64,000 nt of DNA from contig OZ316896.1 in the NCBI GenBank assembly GCA_973895155.1, positions 992,001-1,056,000 on the forward strand, given 5' to 3'. The notes under the pieces were generated by a model that was given only the letters and a program-made list of their open reading frames with translations, was not told where the DNA came from and did no database searches. The translations under genes were made by a program, and so were the position numbers. Shown here in pieces: positions 51,704 to 64,000 of this stretch. Numbering within the stretch: position 1 is the stretch's first letter; each line of letters begins with the position of its first letter. This stretch comes from Marsupella aquatica. Lineage: Eukaryota > Plantae > Marchantiophyta.

Positions 51704-53780
51704 CCCGGACTGCCATTAAGAATAGAAACTCTGAAGGAGCCAATAGCCAGAACATGAATACCATACAGAACAATATTCGAAGTGGTCAGCTTAATTGAGC
51801 TGAAGAATTGATAGAGATGAAGAAATGCGGTATACAGCTATAGACTTCTTTTGTAGTACTTGACTGAACATTGCATCAAGCCTAGCGATCACCTCATCAA
51901 GATGGTGAAAAATAACACAAGGAAAGTTTTACCTTCCTAAATCCTGCATAATACAGACAATCTACCCGAAAATGAAACGGGAGAACAAATTCAATGTATC
52001 GAAGGGAGTGCACCTAGTTTCGTCCAATCTTTGAAGAACATACTTACTACAACTTTAATCCCCTAGACTAAACTTGTGACGAGTAAACGCTCCCACGCCT
52101 CAGAAACACCATCCTCTGAGCTACACCAAGAGCGGTGTTGGCTCACTTCCTTTGGGCCTAACCCTACTAAACCATAACCCTCTGCCATTGTAAACCCAGA
52201 TAACGAGTTTTTTCAAAAGTCTTTGTGAATGATATAATGGAACCCACCCCACTACCTCGAGAATAGATTTCATTGCCACAATTAATTTGACAGAGTAGGG
52301 AATGATTTGCGTTTGAGAATTGATTTCATTGCCACCATTAATATGCTTGGCAATAGGAAGAATAGCAAGATAATTTTAAAATGAGAGGGTAAAAAGAGAG
52401 CATTACCATTTCCCCCCTTTTTCCTCCCCATTCTGAACCAGGATCATACTCTTTTTGAGTAATTCTTTTCATTTGGTCCCAGGTCATGGCCTTTTAAAAA
52501 TTTATTCAAAGCCTTGGCAATTATTAATGGTGTTTTATAAATGCACTCTTTCACGGGAGGCATAGATGTGTCCCGCCAGCCCAAAGATTTTGATATGCAC
52601 GTGAAGGAAATTGACAATAGTGTTGGTACCTCTGCCCCTTTGCCATGCACATTTCTTCACTACACAATGGTGAGCATCTGGTCTGGGATGATTGAAGTGA
52701 CAAGGTTTGTGCTGGATAGGACTCCAACAAGGGCCATTATTTTCTGGAAGCTCTGGGTATCAGTCCCCTCAATAGTTGTTTTCTTTGGGAGTTTCTTGCA
52801 AAGGAGGGCGGGTGGGCAAAGGATTCACCTCCAACATACACTTTTACATTGCAAAACTGTTTGCGAGGTGAGCATTACTAGATACTATGGCCTGCAAAAG
52901 TATATTATTAATTCTCCTTCTCATTCCAAGGAAAACTATACTCTCCTTCAAACTTCAAATTTGAGAATCCTCAGGTTCCATGCACTCAACCCCCAACTCC
53001 CCCCCCCACAGATTAAGAAGCAAAAGTTCACCATGGGGTTTATGCAATCACTTACTATGGACACAGTAAGGGTGGCATGTAAAGACCATGTAAACACCCA
53101 CACGGTGACATGTCACCCTTACATGTAACCATTCCCTTCCTCTCAAGGCTCTCTACTGTTGATTGTCTCTGTATTGCCATCTGAATTTTTGCTGAGCCGC
53201 GGGTTACAGGATCTATGACACCTCTGGAGCTCAGGAGTTTCTCATTCAATTAGTGCAGAATCTATGTTGCGTATAGATATAGATGAAGGGGCTGCAACCA
53301 TTGCTCAAGTTTCTCTCAAGGTTCTTTTGGGTTCTTTGATGAGGAGCTGCTTGATCAGAGTTCCTTTTTCCGTTGCGCAGCTCGCTCCTTCTTCGAAATC
53401 AGAGTGAGTGTTGTGATGTGTGAAGTGTTCCCCTGCGACCTAATCTCTTGGCTCGTTTCATTCGGGGTTGCATTTTTTTTTCGGTTTTCTGATGAGGAAG
53501 CTGCTCAATTGAAATTGCTTGTTCCGCTAGTCAGCTCTCCCCGCTCTGCTCTTGAGATCGGAGTGCGCTTTCTGTCTGTGGATTCTTCCTCCTCTGCGAC
53601 CTAATCACTTGGGCTCGTTCCAATGCGGGTTTGCAATTGCTCACTCGGTGCATGACTAGCTGTTTGAGAAAGTGTACTGCAGCGACTTGTCTTACGGGCC
53701 TTTCCCGTGCATTTGATCCAACTCCGAGCAATTTGCTCTTAGCTGAGAGGATTCATCGGGCAGCTCGATCAACTGTCATT

Positions 53781-56700
53781 ATGTACGGGGCTAGAGGCGG
53801 CCCTAATTCGCAGGGCAGAGGTAGAGGAGGCAGAGGTGGAGGCGGAAGAGGCGGTAATCGAGGTGGCGGTCGAGGCGGTGGCGGTGGCGGTGGCGGAGGT
53901 GGTGGTGGTGGTGGCGGTGGTGGACAGCGATGGTGGGATCCCGTATGGAGAGCAGAGAAATTAAAGCAAATGCAAGGAGAGGTTCGTTCATGTCCTTCCT
54001 CGCTAATTTTCTTCCAGGGATGGCTATAATAATATCTCAAGGGAGTGGGCCATGCTATAATGATATCTCAAGGGAGTGAACAATGCCGTCCCGAAGTTTG
54101 AGGTTGAAGAAATATTACTCGTCCGACAGCGTGAGATCTTCTTCGTAATATACAGACGATCTCAGCTGTAGCAGATTTGAAATGTGGCCATAACGAAACT
54201 CGAATAGTGTAGCTAACAATAGGTCCAAACAGAGATTGAGTTCTGCAATGCTTTCTTGGACAAGCTTCACTATAAATTGATGGCTGCTGAAGATCTCAAT
54301 CTCTCGTGAGTCAAGTAGCAAAAATCATTCCCCTCTCTTCAAAATTTTAACGTCAGAAATATCGGTGCTAAATTTTCGTAAATAGTGACTTCAATAATGA
54401 ATAGTTCGAAAGACTGAGGATGAAGAGCAATTCTGCCACAGGGCCCCAAAGTAGAGGCGTTCGATCAGAGTTGGTGGTGGGACCGGCTGGAGCAATTGAA
54501 GACGAGGACGGATCGTCAAGAGGAAATCATTAAGACAAATTATGGTCGAGAGGGAGCACAAATGCTGGAGGGCATGGCTGCTGATCTTGGTCTTTATTTG
54601 TAAGCTCATCTCCCCTTCATTTGTCCGTAAGGCAAGAAAGCAGAAGCATCTCCCTCATTTTGGAGTGTAGCTTACAACCCATTACCCATGCTGCAAAGTT
54701 GTCTGAAAGCCTCTTTTTCTCTCCGGAAATGGCCGTCTCAAGCTCCAGAGACAAGCAAGGCAACTAGTGCAATAGGAAATGACTTGTTATTAGCAACACA
54801 AAACTTTTTGTTTGTAAACCGCCTATGGGGCCATATGTTTGGAACTGAACGAATAAATCGACGACAGAGTCTGTAGAAGAGAAGACAGACGAATCAATTC
54901 TGCGGAATCCCTTACCTGACAAAGCATTTTGTCCATCGTTTTGGGAAGGAAGTCATACTTATAACAAAGGCAAGAATACCGTAATGGTAGTCAGTCAAGT
55001 GCCTCTGCCCAACTATCGAGCGGACCTGGATGAACGTCATGGTTCCTCACAACGCCAGGTAACCTTGGACCTGATTCCATTCTCAGCATTCAAAAAACTC
55101 ACTTTCTTTGAGATTCGAGGACAAACCATCGTTTACTTACAACTTTGTCATCCACATCTTCAACTATGGGCTGGAACTTTCAGATCAGGATGTCGTCTGA
55201 CACGGAGAATCGAGTAGAAAATATGCTGGCTGGCATTCGTGGTTTGGACGCTTCAACCTCAGTGAATGGAGTTAAAGAGGTCGGAGGGGCTCCAGAGCCT
55301 ACAGCAGTGCCGCCGTATAGGTTAGGCACAGGTACAAGAGGGCAGGAGTCAGGCGTGTCTGCCGCACATATTAACGAGGAAAAGTTGAATGCTGATCTAA
55401 GAGAGGATCAACGACTCCTGAAGGTCTGTGTTTGATCCTGCTCCTCTTAGGTTCGGTGCCACTTGAGTGTGCATGTGTTTTTTCTTGATCTTTCCTTCAC
55501 TTTCGGGAATGAAATCACGTATGTACAAAAGAAGTACCTGGTAATTGGTAAACTGTGAGAAGCTTGATTCTATTGGAGAGTAGCATATTGATTGGTTTGC
55601 CATCAGGACGTCATGAACGTTAGAATGCTAATGAACCCATGACAGGCAGAATGTATTTACAGGGCTTCTCATGTTGTTGACTGCAGGCAAGCGCATCAGT
55701 GAAAGCTTTGAACGCATTTCGCGAAAAGCTGCCTGCATTCAAGATGAAACAACAGTTGTTGCAGGCAGTTGCAAGGAATCAGGTCAGTGATCATGACATC
55801 CCTCAATCTCCATGATGATATACCATGGGGTAGAAAGCCGCGTACATTCGTCATTTGTCTTTTCTACTTCTGCCTGAAAAGATTTAAGGGAATTACATTC
55901 CATCATGGATCTTTGAGGCATTTCACTGAGAGCAAATTTGAACCTCTAAAATTGTCATTTCTGCTGATAACGTCTTTACGGCACTCTCGTCTAGAGCAGA
56001 TTTCAAGGGGATTTGCTTTTCCATTGGACTTGTGCCCTAAAGTCAGGCGGATGGGATTGACCGTGTCATATGTTGCATTTTCGTTACGCTGAACTCTTTT
56101 GCAATCGATCGTTGGGAGTGTGTCCGGTGCAAGTTACTGTCTGTACTTGCAATATACTACTGCGTCTAGGAGCAGTAATCGTCATATGCCAAACCTTCAC
56201 AAACATCTTCCATTTTCCCCTTTTCTTTGGCCGAAAGCATAATTTTCTCTATAATTTCCTACCTTGTCATTTCTAAGGGCAATAGAGCGCCTAGGTGAAC
56301 GGTATTGTTTAAAGATTTACATTATGGAGTCAATTACGGAGTACAACTATTTCTAGCCAAAGAGCGTGAGCAGTCCTGTGTTGAACGATAATTTCTTGGG
56401 TTTGCGTTGTACTAGTGCGTGTAGACCATAGTCGTAGTTTTACTTTGGTCTTTATCGTGTGCTTTATCACAAGTCGTACTTCGGATCAGGCAGGGTAATT
56501 CTTTGGGCACAACTAAAACAGCTCACCGAAAACTTATGTGCGGATTTTCTGACAGGTGTTGGTAGTTTCCGGAGAAACTGGATGCGGTAAAACTACCCAG
56601 CTCCCGCAGTTTGTGTTAGAAGAAGAGATTGAAGCTGGTCGAGGGGCAGATTGCAACATTATCTGCACACAGCCACGCCGGATCTCAGCTCTTTCAGTGG

Positions 56701-59700
56701 CTGCTCGAGTTGCCGCCGAAAGAGGCGACTCACTTGGACAGAGTGTGGGATACCAAATCCGTTTGGAGTCGAAACGATCAGCAAGTACACGGCTGCTTTT
56801 CTGCACAACAGGAGTCTTACTGCGGCGCCTTGTATGTATTTGCTTTTAGCTTGGCATTTCGGTTATGTTCATTTTTGTTCAGGTAGAGACGTTTCCGTGA
56901 ATGGACTAGATATACTTTTTAATATGGACAATGGGTCTGGAAGACTCAATTATTTGGCTGATAGACTCAGCTGTAATTTTTTTTAAGGAATGCTGGCTGG
57001 GATTGTATATCCATTGTCAAATCACACTTACACAGGTCCAAGAGCCGGAGTTGACAGGAGTCAGCCATGTCATGGTGGATGAAATCCATGAGCGTGGTAT
57101 GAATGAGGATTTCTTACTCATCATATTGAGAGATCTGCTGCCCCGACGACCCGATCTTCGGCTTGTGTTGATGAGTGCCACAATCAATGCAGAGCTCTTT
57201 TCACAGTACTTCAGCAATGCTCCCATGATGCACATTCCGGTTAGTGCCACAATATCTAGCTCTCAGATTTGTCTTTCTACCATGAGAAAGATAGCTCTTT
57301 GTATTATAAGGAAGTCGTCTCTGCATTTGAAACTGTTGGATAGACGGAACTTTTTGCAAGCAGCATTCTTACATATCACATGCAAAGACCAAAGTTGAAG
57401 TACAAGTCGAATGGTCCAAGTGTCTGTAAGACTGAAGAAACTAAGCAATAACTTTTCCTTGTTATTGTTGCAGGGTTTTACCTTTCCAGTAACAGAGCTT
57501 TTTCTTGAAGATGTGCTGGAACTTTCTAAGTACAGAGTGGGTTTAGATCAATCATCTAATGATTTTGGTGGAGGTAGACGAAGAACACAGGAGAAGAAAA
57601 GGGATCCAGTTACACAGGTTTTTGAGGTATCGATATTGTCTATTTGAAATCTCAGCACTCTTTTGAGTCAGCGGCTTTAAGATGGGATTGCATGGAGTCC
57701 CATCCTTGTCTATTCCAACCGGAATGGATTTTAGCAATTTTTTGGTTGGAGAGTCTAATATGACCCAATCTTTGGATGCTGGCAGCCAGAACGGTTGTTT
57801 GTCCTTAAATCGAGTCAGGTGGAACCCAGTTACTCGCACTGTCTTTTTGATAATTCAATGTGCACCATGCTTGTGAAGCCGTCAAAACCACTATATATGA
57901 TTGAGAGAAACTTTATAATACATTTGGGGGAATGTTATTCGTGGCTCTTCTGGATACTTTTTTGAGCAAGGTTTTCTCGTTTATTGTTTCCGTGCTGTTT
58001 GTGTAGCAAGTGGATGTCAGCGTGGAGTATCAGAGATACAGTAGGACCACTAAGCTATCGCTAAAGGCGTGGAATGGGGACGAACTCGACCTTGGATTGG
58101 TGATTTCCTTGCTCCGTACTTTCTGTGTATCAAACAAATGCAACAAATGAGTTGGTTTCCTTTGGTGTTCTATTGCGTTTTGCTCTCAAGGTGCCTCCAG
58201 CAACTTCTGAGCGCTAGTTGCATCGTTCTCTTGCAGGTGGAGTCTGCAATTGAGCACATTTGTGTGCGGGAGAGTGAGGAGGGCGCTTTGCTCGTCTTTC
58301 TGACAGGATGGGACGACATATCAAAATTGTTAGAAAAGTTGAAGGCAAACAGGGTGATTGGAGATAGTAGTCGATATTTACTCCTCCCGCTGCATGGTTC
58401 CATGCCAACGATCAACCAAAAGGAAATCTTTCAGTCGCCTCCTCGAGGCATGAGGTGGGCTCTGATCCTGGTTTTCCCTCCGTTTCAAACTGACGAGTTG
58501 ATTATTTAGAGAGTATTGCTCTTTCTTACAAATCATTAAAATTCGCCTCGTAGTATTGTGCTCTTGCGCAAGCCTAATTTTTTTGCATTGGTCTGCTTCA
58601 ATCTTGCAGAAAAATTGTGCTAGCAACGAATATTGCGGAAACGAGTATCACTATCGATGATGTTGTTTACGTCATTGATTGTGGGAAGGCTAAAGAGACA
58701 AGCTACGATGCTTTGAACAAGCTTGCCTGCTTGTTACCAGCATGGGTTTCCAAGGCCTCAGCTCATCAGGTAGAGTATGATAACGATTTATATCACGAAG
58801 TTAAGCATACAAGGAGAAACCTTGTATATGATCTCTAAGTAGGGTTGGTTTAAGATTATGCTTTGCTACCTGAGCCTAAAAGGCCGGAATGGCTGGAAAC
58901 CAGTGGGTTGCTCACTTGTGTCATGATGTTAACAGAGACGTGGGCGTGCTGGAAGGGTAAGAGCTGGGGTTTGCTACCATTTGTACCCAAAACTGGTTTA
59001 TGAGGCGATGCCAAAGTTCCAACTTCCTGAAATTCTTCGAACACCGTTGCAAGAACTCTGCCTACAGATTAAGAGTCTACAACTTGGTGCCATTGGCAAC
59101 TTCCTCTCAAAAGCGCTGCAGCCACCAGAAACAATGGCTGTACAGAATGCCATTGACTTACTAAAAACAATTGGGGCCCTGGATGGCAACGAGGATCTTA
59201 CGCCCTTGGGTAAGCTCTCACCTATTTCCTTACCACGCAGGTAATCCTGGGGCAGATGGGTTTTATGGTATGTTTGTTCCGTGTTTTGTGCATTGTATTG
59301 AATCCCGTGATCGAATATACTCTGACCAGTTCTGCCTCCTCCAATATATCTTTCACAATCTCATTGATGATGTCTGATACAGGTTGCCACCTTGCACAAT
59401 TACCAGTTGATCCGAAGGTGGGCAAGATGCTCCTGATGGGGGCTGTATTTCAGTGTCTAGGACCCGCCTTGACCATCGCTGCAGCTTTGGCACACAGAGA
59501 CCCCTTTGTTCTTCCTATTGATCGAAAGGAAGATGCCGATGAAGCGAGGCGGCACTTTGCTGGGGACCATCAGAGGTACGTTTAGCTCCCAGTTTAATAA
59601 TCGTGAGTTGGAATCATGGAATCTCGTTACATCTTTCTTCTGGTGATCTGGAGTAGCTGGCTGCCAGTGCTTAATCGTCGCGGAAGTTCTCACTTTGGGA

Positions 59701-61101
59701 TATTGCAAAGAATGTGGACTTAACTGAGTTGTGGTCGCAATAACCTAGACAAGTTTATGTAAGGTGACAACTGATCTCTAAAACTACCCTAGTTGACATG
59801 TAATATTACAGCTTACATAGCTCTACCTGAGATCTGCAAATTATTTTCCAGTTTTTTTAAAGCGAAACTGCGCTAGCTGCAAACTACATGAATGCAGACT
59901 TAAGCTAGAGGCTATTGTATGACACTGTTGTTATTTACTTCTCTAATATGGAGCTGTCTTGTTGCAGTGATCACATAGCCCTCTTGAGAGCATATGATAG
60001 CTGGCAAGCTGCAAAGCGAGATGGCTGGGAAAGAAAATTTTGCTGGGAGAATTACCTGTCGTCGTCTACACTACAAATGATGGAGGAGATGCGCAGACAG
60101 TTTCTAGATCTAATTTCAGACATTGGTTTTGTCAGCAAGACACAGTTTCAGGTTGGCTACAAATCAAGTTGTTAGCCGGGAAGATGTTGTCTTGCTATCT
60201 TTAGTGTGAAATGCATGAAGAAAACAAGCTTGCATTACAATCAATTACGTAAAATATGTCTGTCATTGAAAGAGACTATGCAGGAAGTGTTCTTTTCATG
60301 AATGTATTTGTTTCTGATCCAGGAAAACAATCTGTACAGTGGAGATATGGACATGGTTAAGGCAGTGCTGTGTGCAGGCCTATTTCCAAGCGTTGTTCAA
60401 TGTAAACTGAGGGGCAAACGTACAGCCTTTTTCACCAGAGAGGATGGCAAGGTTGAACCTCATCCTGCTTCGGTAAATGCCAGGGTGAATTTATTTTCGG
60501 ACCCCTGGCTGGTCTACAGTGATAAAGTGAAAACTACTGGGATCTATATTAGGCAATCGACAAATTTATCGGACTATGCTCTTCTCATGTTTGGAGGTAG
60601 CCTTAGTCCTAGCAAGGACGGGCGTGGAGTTGAGATGCTTGAAGGGTACCTGCAATTCTCGGCTGCACCCAAAACTATCCAACTCGTGCAGGTATCTATC
60701 CTTTCATTTGTTTTTCCCAAACGCTTAATGACAATGTTGATCACAAATTATCGGTCCAACAAAATCTACTAGACAGTGAGTCGTGTCTTTCAACCGAAAC
60801 TCATGCCATCAATTTTGCGTTATTCGTGTTTACTTCTGTGAATCCGGAGCAGGAATTGCGGAAGCAACTTGATTCAATTTTACAAAGGAAAGTGAAGGAA
60901 CCTCAATTTGATATCCACAAGGAAGGGAAGCCAGTGGTAAACGCAGTGCTCGAGCTGTTGCACAGTGGGAGTCGACGTCAATCAGAGGATAACTACTCTT
61001 CGTCTTGGGGTCCTGAGGATGGTGACCAGTCTTCAGCAGGCCGGTACTCATCCTCGAGGGGCCAAGGTAACAGCTACAATTCAGGTAGAAACAGATGGTA
61101 G
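53781..61101 (+). CDS. DExH1: DExH-box ATP-dependent RNA helicase (plant DExH1 / DHX36-RHAU type), 16 exons
   Basis: Exons: 53781-53981, 54442-54599, 54953-55058, 55184-55423, 55687-55782, 56556-56831, 57036-57239, 57474-57626, 58007-58099, 58237-58454, 58610-58769, 58936-59209, 59383-59575, 59968-60151, 60323-60691, 60853-61101. Motifs [54 protein letters not shown], plus HA2 and OB-like regions. The N-terminal RGG tract and [11 protein letters not shown] are typical of plant DExH1. Confidence 0.95.
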
Positions 61102-62183
61102 GTGTCAACCTACTTATTTCTTACTACTTATTTTTGACACTAGTTGAGATTTTCATTCTCCAGGCTGTCCAGGTAGTATATGGCTGAATAATTGCGTCCT
61201 CCTACAATTTGTTCGGTAGCTTTCGCCCACGTAGACAGGAAGTGGGTGCCTAGTCATAATTAGAGTAGAACTTTAACAATTTTTTAAGAGCGATTGTCCA
61301 GCTCCGAGGTCTTGACGACATCAAGACAGAGTGGAGGGTAGGTTCTTACATTAGATACAGCGAGGAAGATGGAGTTGTTGTTACAATGGACCGGAATGCA
61401 TGGGTAGCATCTCGCTTAATTCGCTCATGAGCTCTCTCGAGGAGCAGCCAATATCAATTCATGGCCATATTCATCCAAGACCTAACTTGTCTTGTCTTTC
61501 TCATGGGAGCTATGTGAATTGGTATTGCGGAACGGAAACGAATTGGGTATCATAGCCTGCTTTTGCTCCATAAATTCAAGATACTCTAGTATCCGTAGAT
61601 GCGATTCTGGACAAGTGACCTGACCTCTTCATCACGATTGCTTGGTCATTCCTCCACGTCATGGAAATTTCGGCTTATCCGACTTACGAACGGAGGCGAT
61701 TCCAGATGGCGCTTTGCATTTGTGCACACTTGACATGGCATCTTTGGATCTTATGAGAGCAAACTCACAGCGGTTCGTCATGCACACTGGCACATAGCCA
61801 ACGAACGCTCCAGCTAGCCAGATTCCTCCTCCTAGATAGATTAACAGGTGGGAAAGAGGTGAGATGAACAACAAGCTCAGCAATTGGCCAGATGGATAGG
61901 ATCGTTACACCTTTTCGCAGAAATGTCTCACGCAGTCCTCGCCACGTGATTGTCTATCGGCGAAATCCACAAGGGGGAAATTCCTAAGTCCGATACCATT
62001 CTGCATCCGATCTGCCCAATGAGTTAACTCAGCTGAAGGGCTCATCGCCGAAGAGACAATCACGTGGCGACGACTAGGACAATTCCTTGAACGATGCCTG
62101 CAAACCTCTCCAACCCACCAGCCCCCTCTGATTCGCAAACCTCTCTGGGATGAAATTTTCCACAGTTTCGAGCATTGACGATG

Positions 62184-62363
62184 TGGGTCTGCAGCAAAGG
62201 AAAGCTCTAAGTCTTTTGTATGGGTCTGCAGGAAAGAAAAGCTCCAAGTCTTTTGTATGGGTCTGCAGGAAAGAAAAGCTCTAAGTCTTTTGTATGGGTC
62301 TGCAGGAAAGGAAAGCTCTGAGTCTTTTGTTTGGGTCTGCAGGAAAGGAAAGGTCTGAGTCTT
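62184..62363 (+). repeat. 37-bp minisatellite, ~5 copies
   Basis: Unit tgggtctgcaggaaag(a/g)aaagctctaagtcttttgta starts at 62184, 62221, 62258, 62295 and 62332. Confidence 0.92.
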
Positions 62364-62697
62364 GTTGGATGTAATTTTCCACATTTTCTGTCTGTAGGGG
62401 TGTCCGTCTCGTCAATCTCGTGTGGCACTAAGTCTTTCAAGAAACATTCAGTTGTTGACCACTCCTGTAGCTGGTGAGAATTATTTCGGACGCCAGTGGC
62501 ATTTTTTATTTACGAACAGGCGATAGTAAAAAAGTAGAATCTGAAGCCGCAATGGTCCACAAGGTTGGTATTTGAAACCCCCATAGATCACATTTCCCAA
62601 AATTTTAGTTTATTTGGAACAACTTCATTGTCTTGAACTGAAATGGGGAGGAAAAACTATCAGACTCCCCCATCCCAACGTGACAGTTTTTCTCTAG

Positions 62698-63240
62698 GTA
62701 ACCCAGACCAGGGTGAGCCTTTTTGTAACCCAGACCAGGGTGAGCCTTTTTGTAGGGAACCCAGACCAGGGTGAACCCCCACGGGAACAACTTTATTGTC
62801 ATATAATCAAATAATTGTTAGTTTTGGGTATATACTAGAGGAGCCCCCACGGGAACAACTTTATTGTCATATAATCAAATAATTGTTAGTTTTGGGTATA
62901 TACTAGAGGAGTAGGTAAGTTACATTTCATTGTTAAATAATTATTAGTTTTGGGTATATACTAACGGAGTAGGTAAGCTCCACTTCATTAAAAAAAGTTA
63001 AAATAAAATTTTGTCAATTTTAGTTGACATTTCATTAGAAAAAATTAAAGTGATTTTTTGGCCATTTTGGTTGATTTCTTCATCAAAACATGAAGAGGGG
63101 TAATATGATGAGGGGTAAATTCTATTTAATTAATTTTTATTGTGTTAGTATGAAATATTGGCCATTTTGGTTGACTTCTTCATCAAAACATGAAGAGGAG
63201 TAAATTTTATTAGATTATTTTTTATTGTGTTAGTATGAAA
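62698..63240 (+). repeat. Cluster of short tandem duplications in an AT-rich region
   Basis: aacccagaccagggtga x3; a ~69-bp duplication cccacgggaacaac...tactagaggag; a ~100-bp duplication ggccattttggttga...gtatgaaa. Confidence 0.75.
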
Positions 63241-64000
63241 AGCCCCATCTTATTATAAAGTGCCAACTTATATCTACTTTTAAGAGCCTAGATCTAGAGT
63301 GAAGTCTCTAGACAATAACTCTATGGTCATCATGTGCATGGGAAAAATTTGTGACATATGCATGAGAAAAATTGGTGACATGAGTATGATGTATGTCAAC
63401 TGATACATGAAATTTTTTTGTGATAATTTTTAAATATTTACATTAAAAAAATATGACACTATGGCCCCACCACAGCATAGTGCATAGAAGAGGGATGTGC
63501 ATACAAAAAGAGTGACGTGCACATAAAGGAGAATGGTATGTTACATATGACTATTAAAATGATAATTTTTTTTATCATTTCATTAACTTTCAAAGAATAT
63601 AAATAGATAATATATTTTGATAATATATTTATTGTTCTCTCCGCTATTCACTTTCAAAGAACGAGTAATCAGGGCTAGTATATTGTAATGCCTTCAAAGT
63701 CACCCTTCGTGATTGCTCCATAGAGTGACAGTCATCATGTCTTTAGAAATTGGTCAATCCAATTATGGCTCAAGGTATCTTCTGCTTATTTTTCCCCTGC
63801 TTTTTCTTCGTAGCATTTGCCAGTAGTAGGGGTAGATAAGATTTTTCCTAAAATCACGTACTGAAGAATCGCTGGTGCTGTTCCTCCTTTCTAAAGGTGA
63901 ATTGTAACTGTGTCGATCTGATTCCTTCGGAGATGCCTCCGGTATGGGGCCTATGTTCGTTGCAGTTTTCTTTTATTATTTGAAGAGTTTATGCTTGCAA

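Noticed and set aside
52541-53128. 195-aa ORF upstream of DExH1
   Set aside because: No recognisable motifs or coding-like composition; probably a chance ORF.
62184-62363. CRISPR-like array (37-bp repeats)
   Set aside because: The repeats are contiguous with no unique spacers, there are no cas genes, and the context is eukaryotic.

Overview
Eukaryotic land-plant DNA, probably from a bryophyte judging by the transposon types (inference). Two intact spliced host genes flank a roughly 35-kb nested transposon island. They are an 8-exon group-6-type remorin (10302-15892, +) and a 16-exon DExH-box RNA helicase of the DExH1/DHX36 type (53781-61101, +). The island holds five kinds of element: (i) a CpG-rich element with an orphan coiled-coil ORF; (ii) a near-complete minus-strand Ty3/gypsy element with a tRNA-Trp PBS and a G-GAU-UUU -1 frameshift site; (iii) a plus-strand Ty3/gypsy element whose polyprotein carries a DNMT3-like C5 cytosine methyltransferase between gag and RT and a PHD finger after integrase; (iv) two degenerate tandem gypsy copies; and (v) three MITEs with CTCGG(G/A)GG termini and 8-bp TSDs. 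Element (iii), a retrotransposon encoding both a methylation writer and a chromatin reader, is the main finding. All calls were made by eye from the sequence and the ORF track; no database searches were run.
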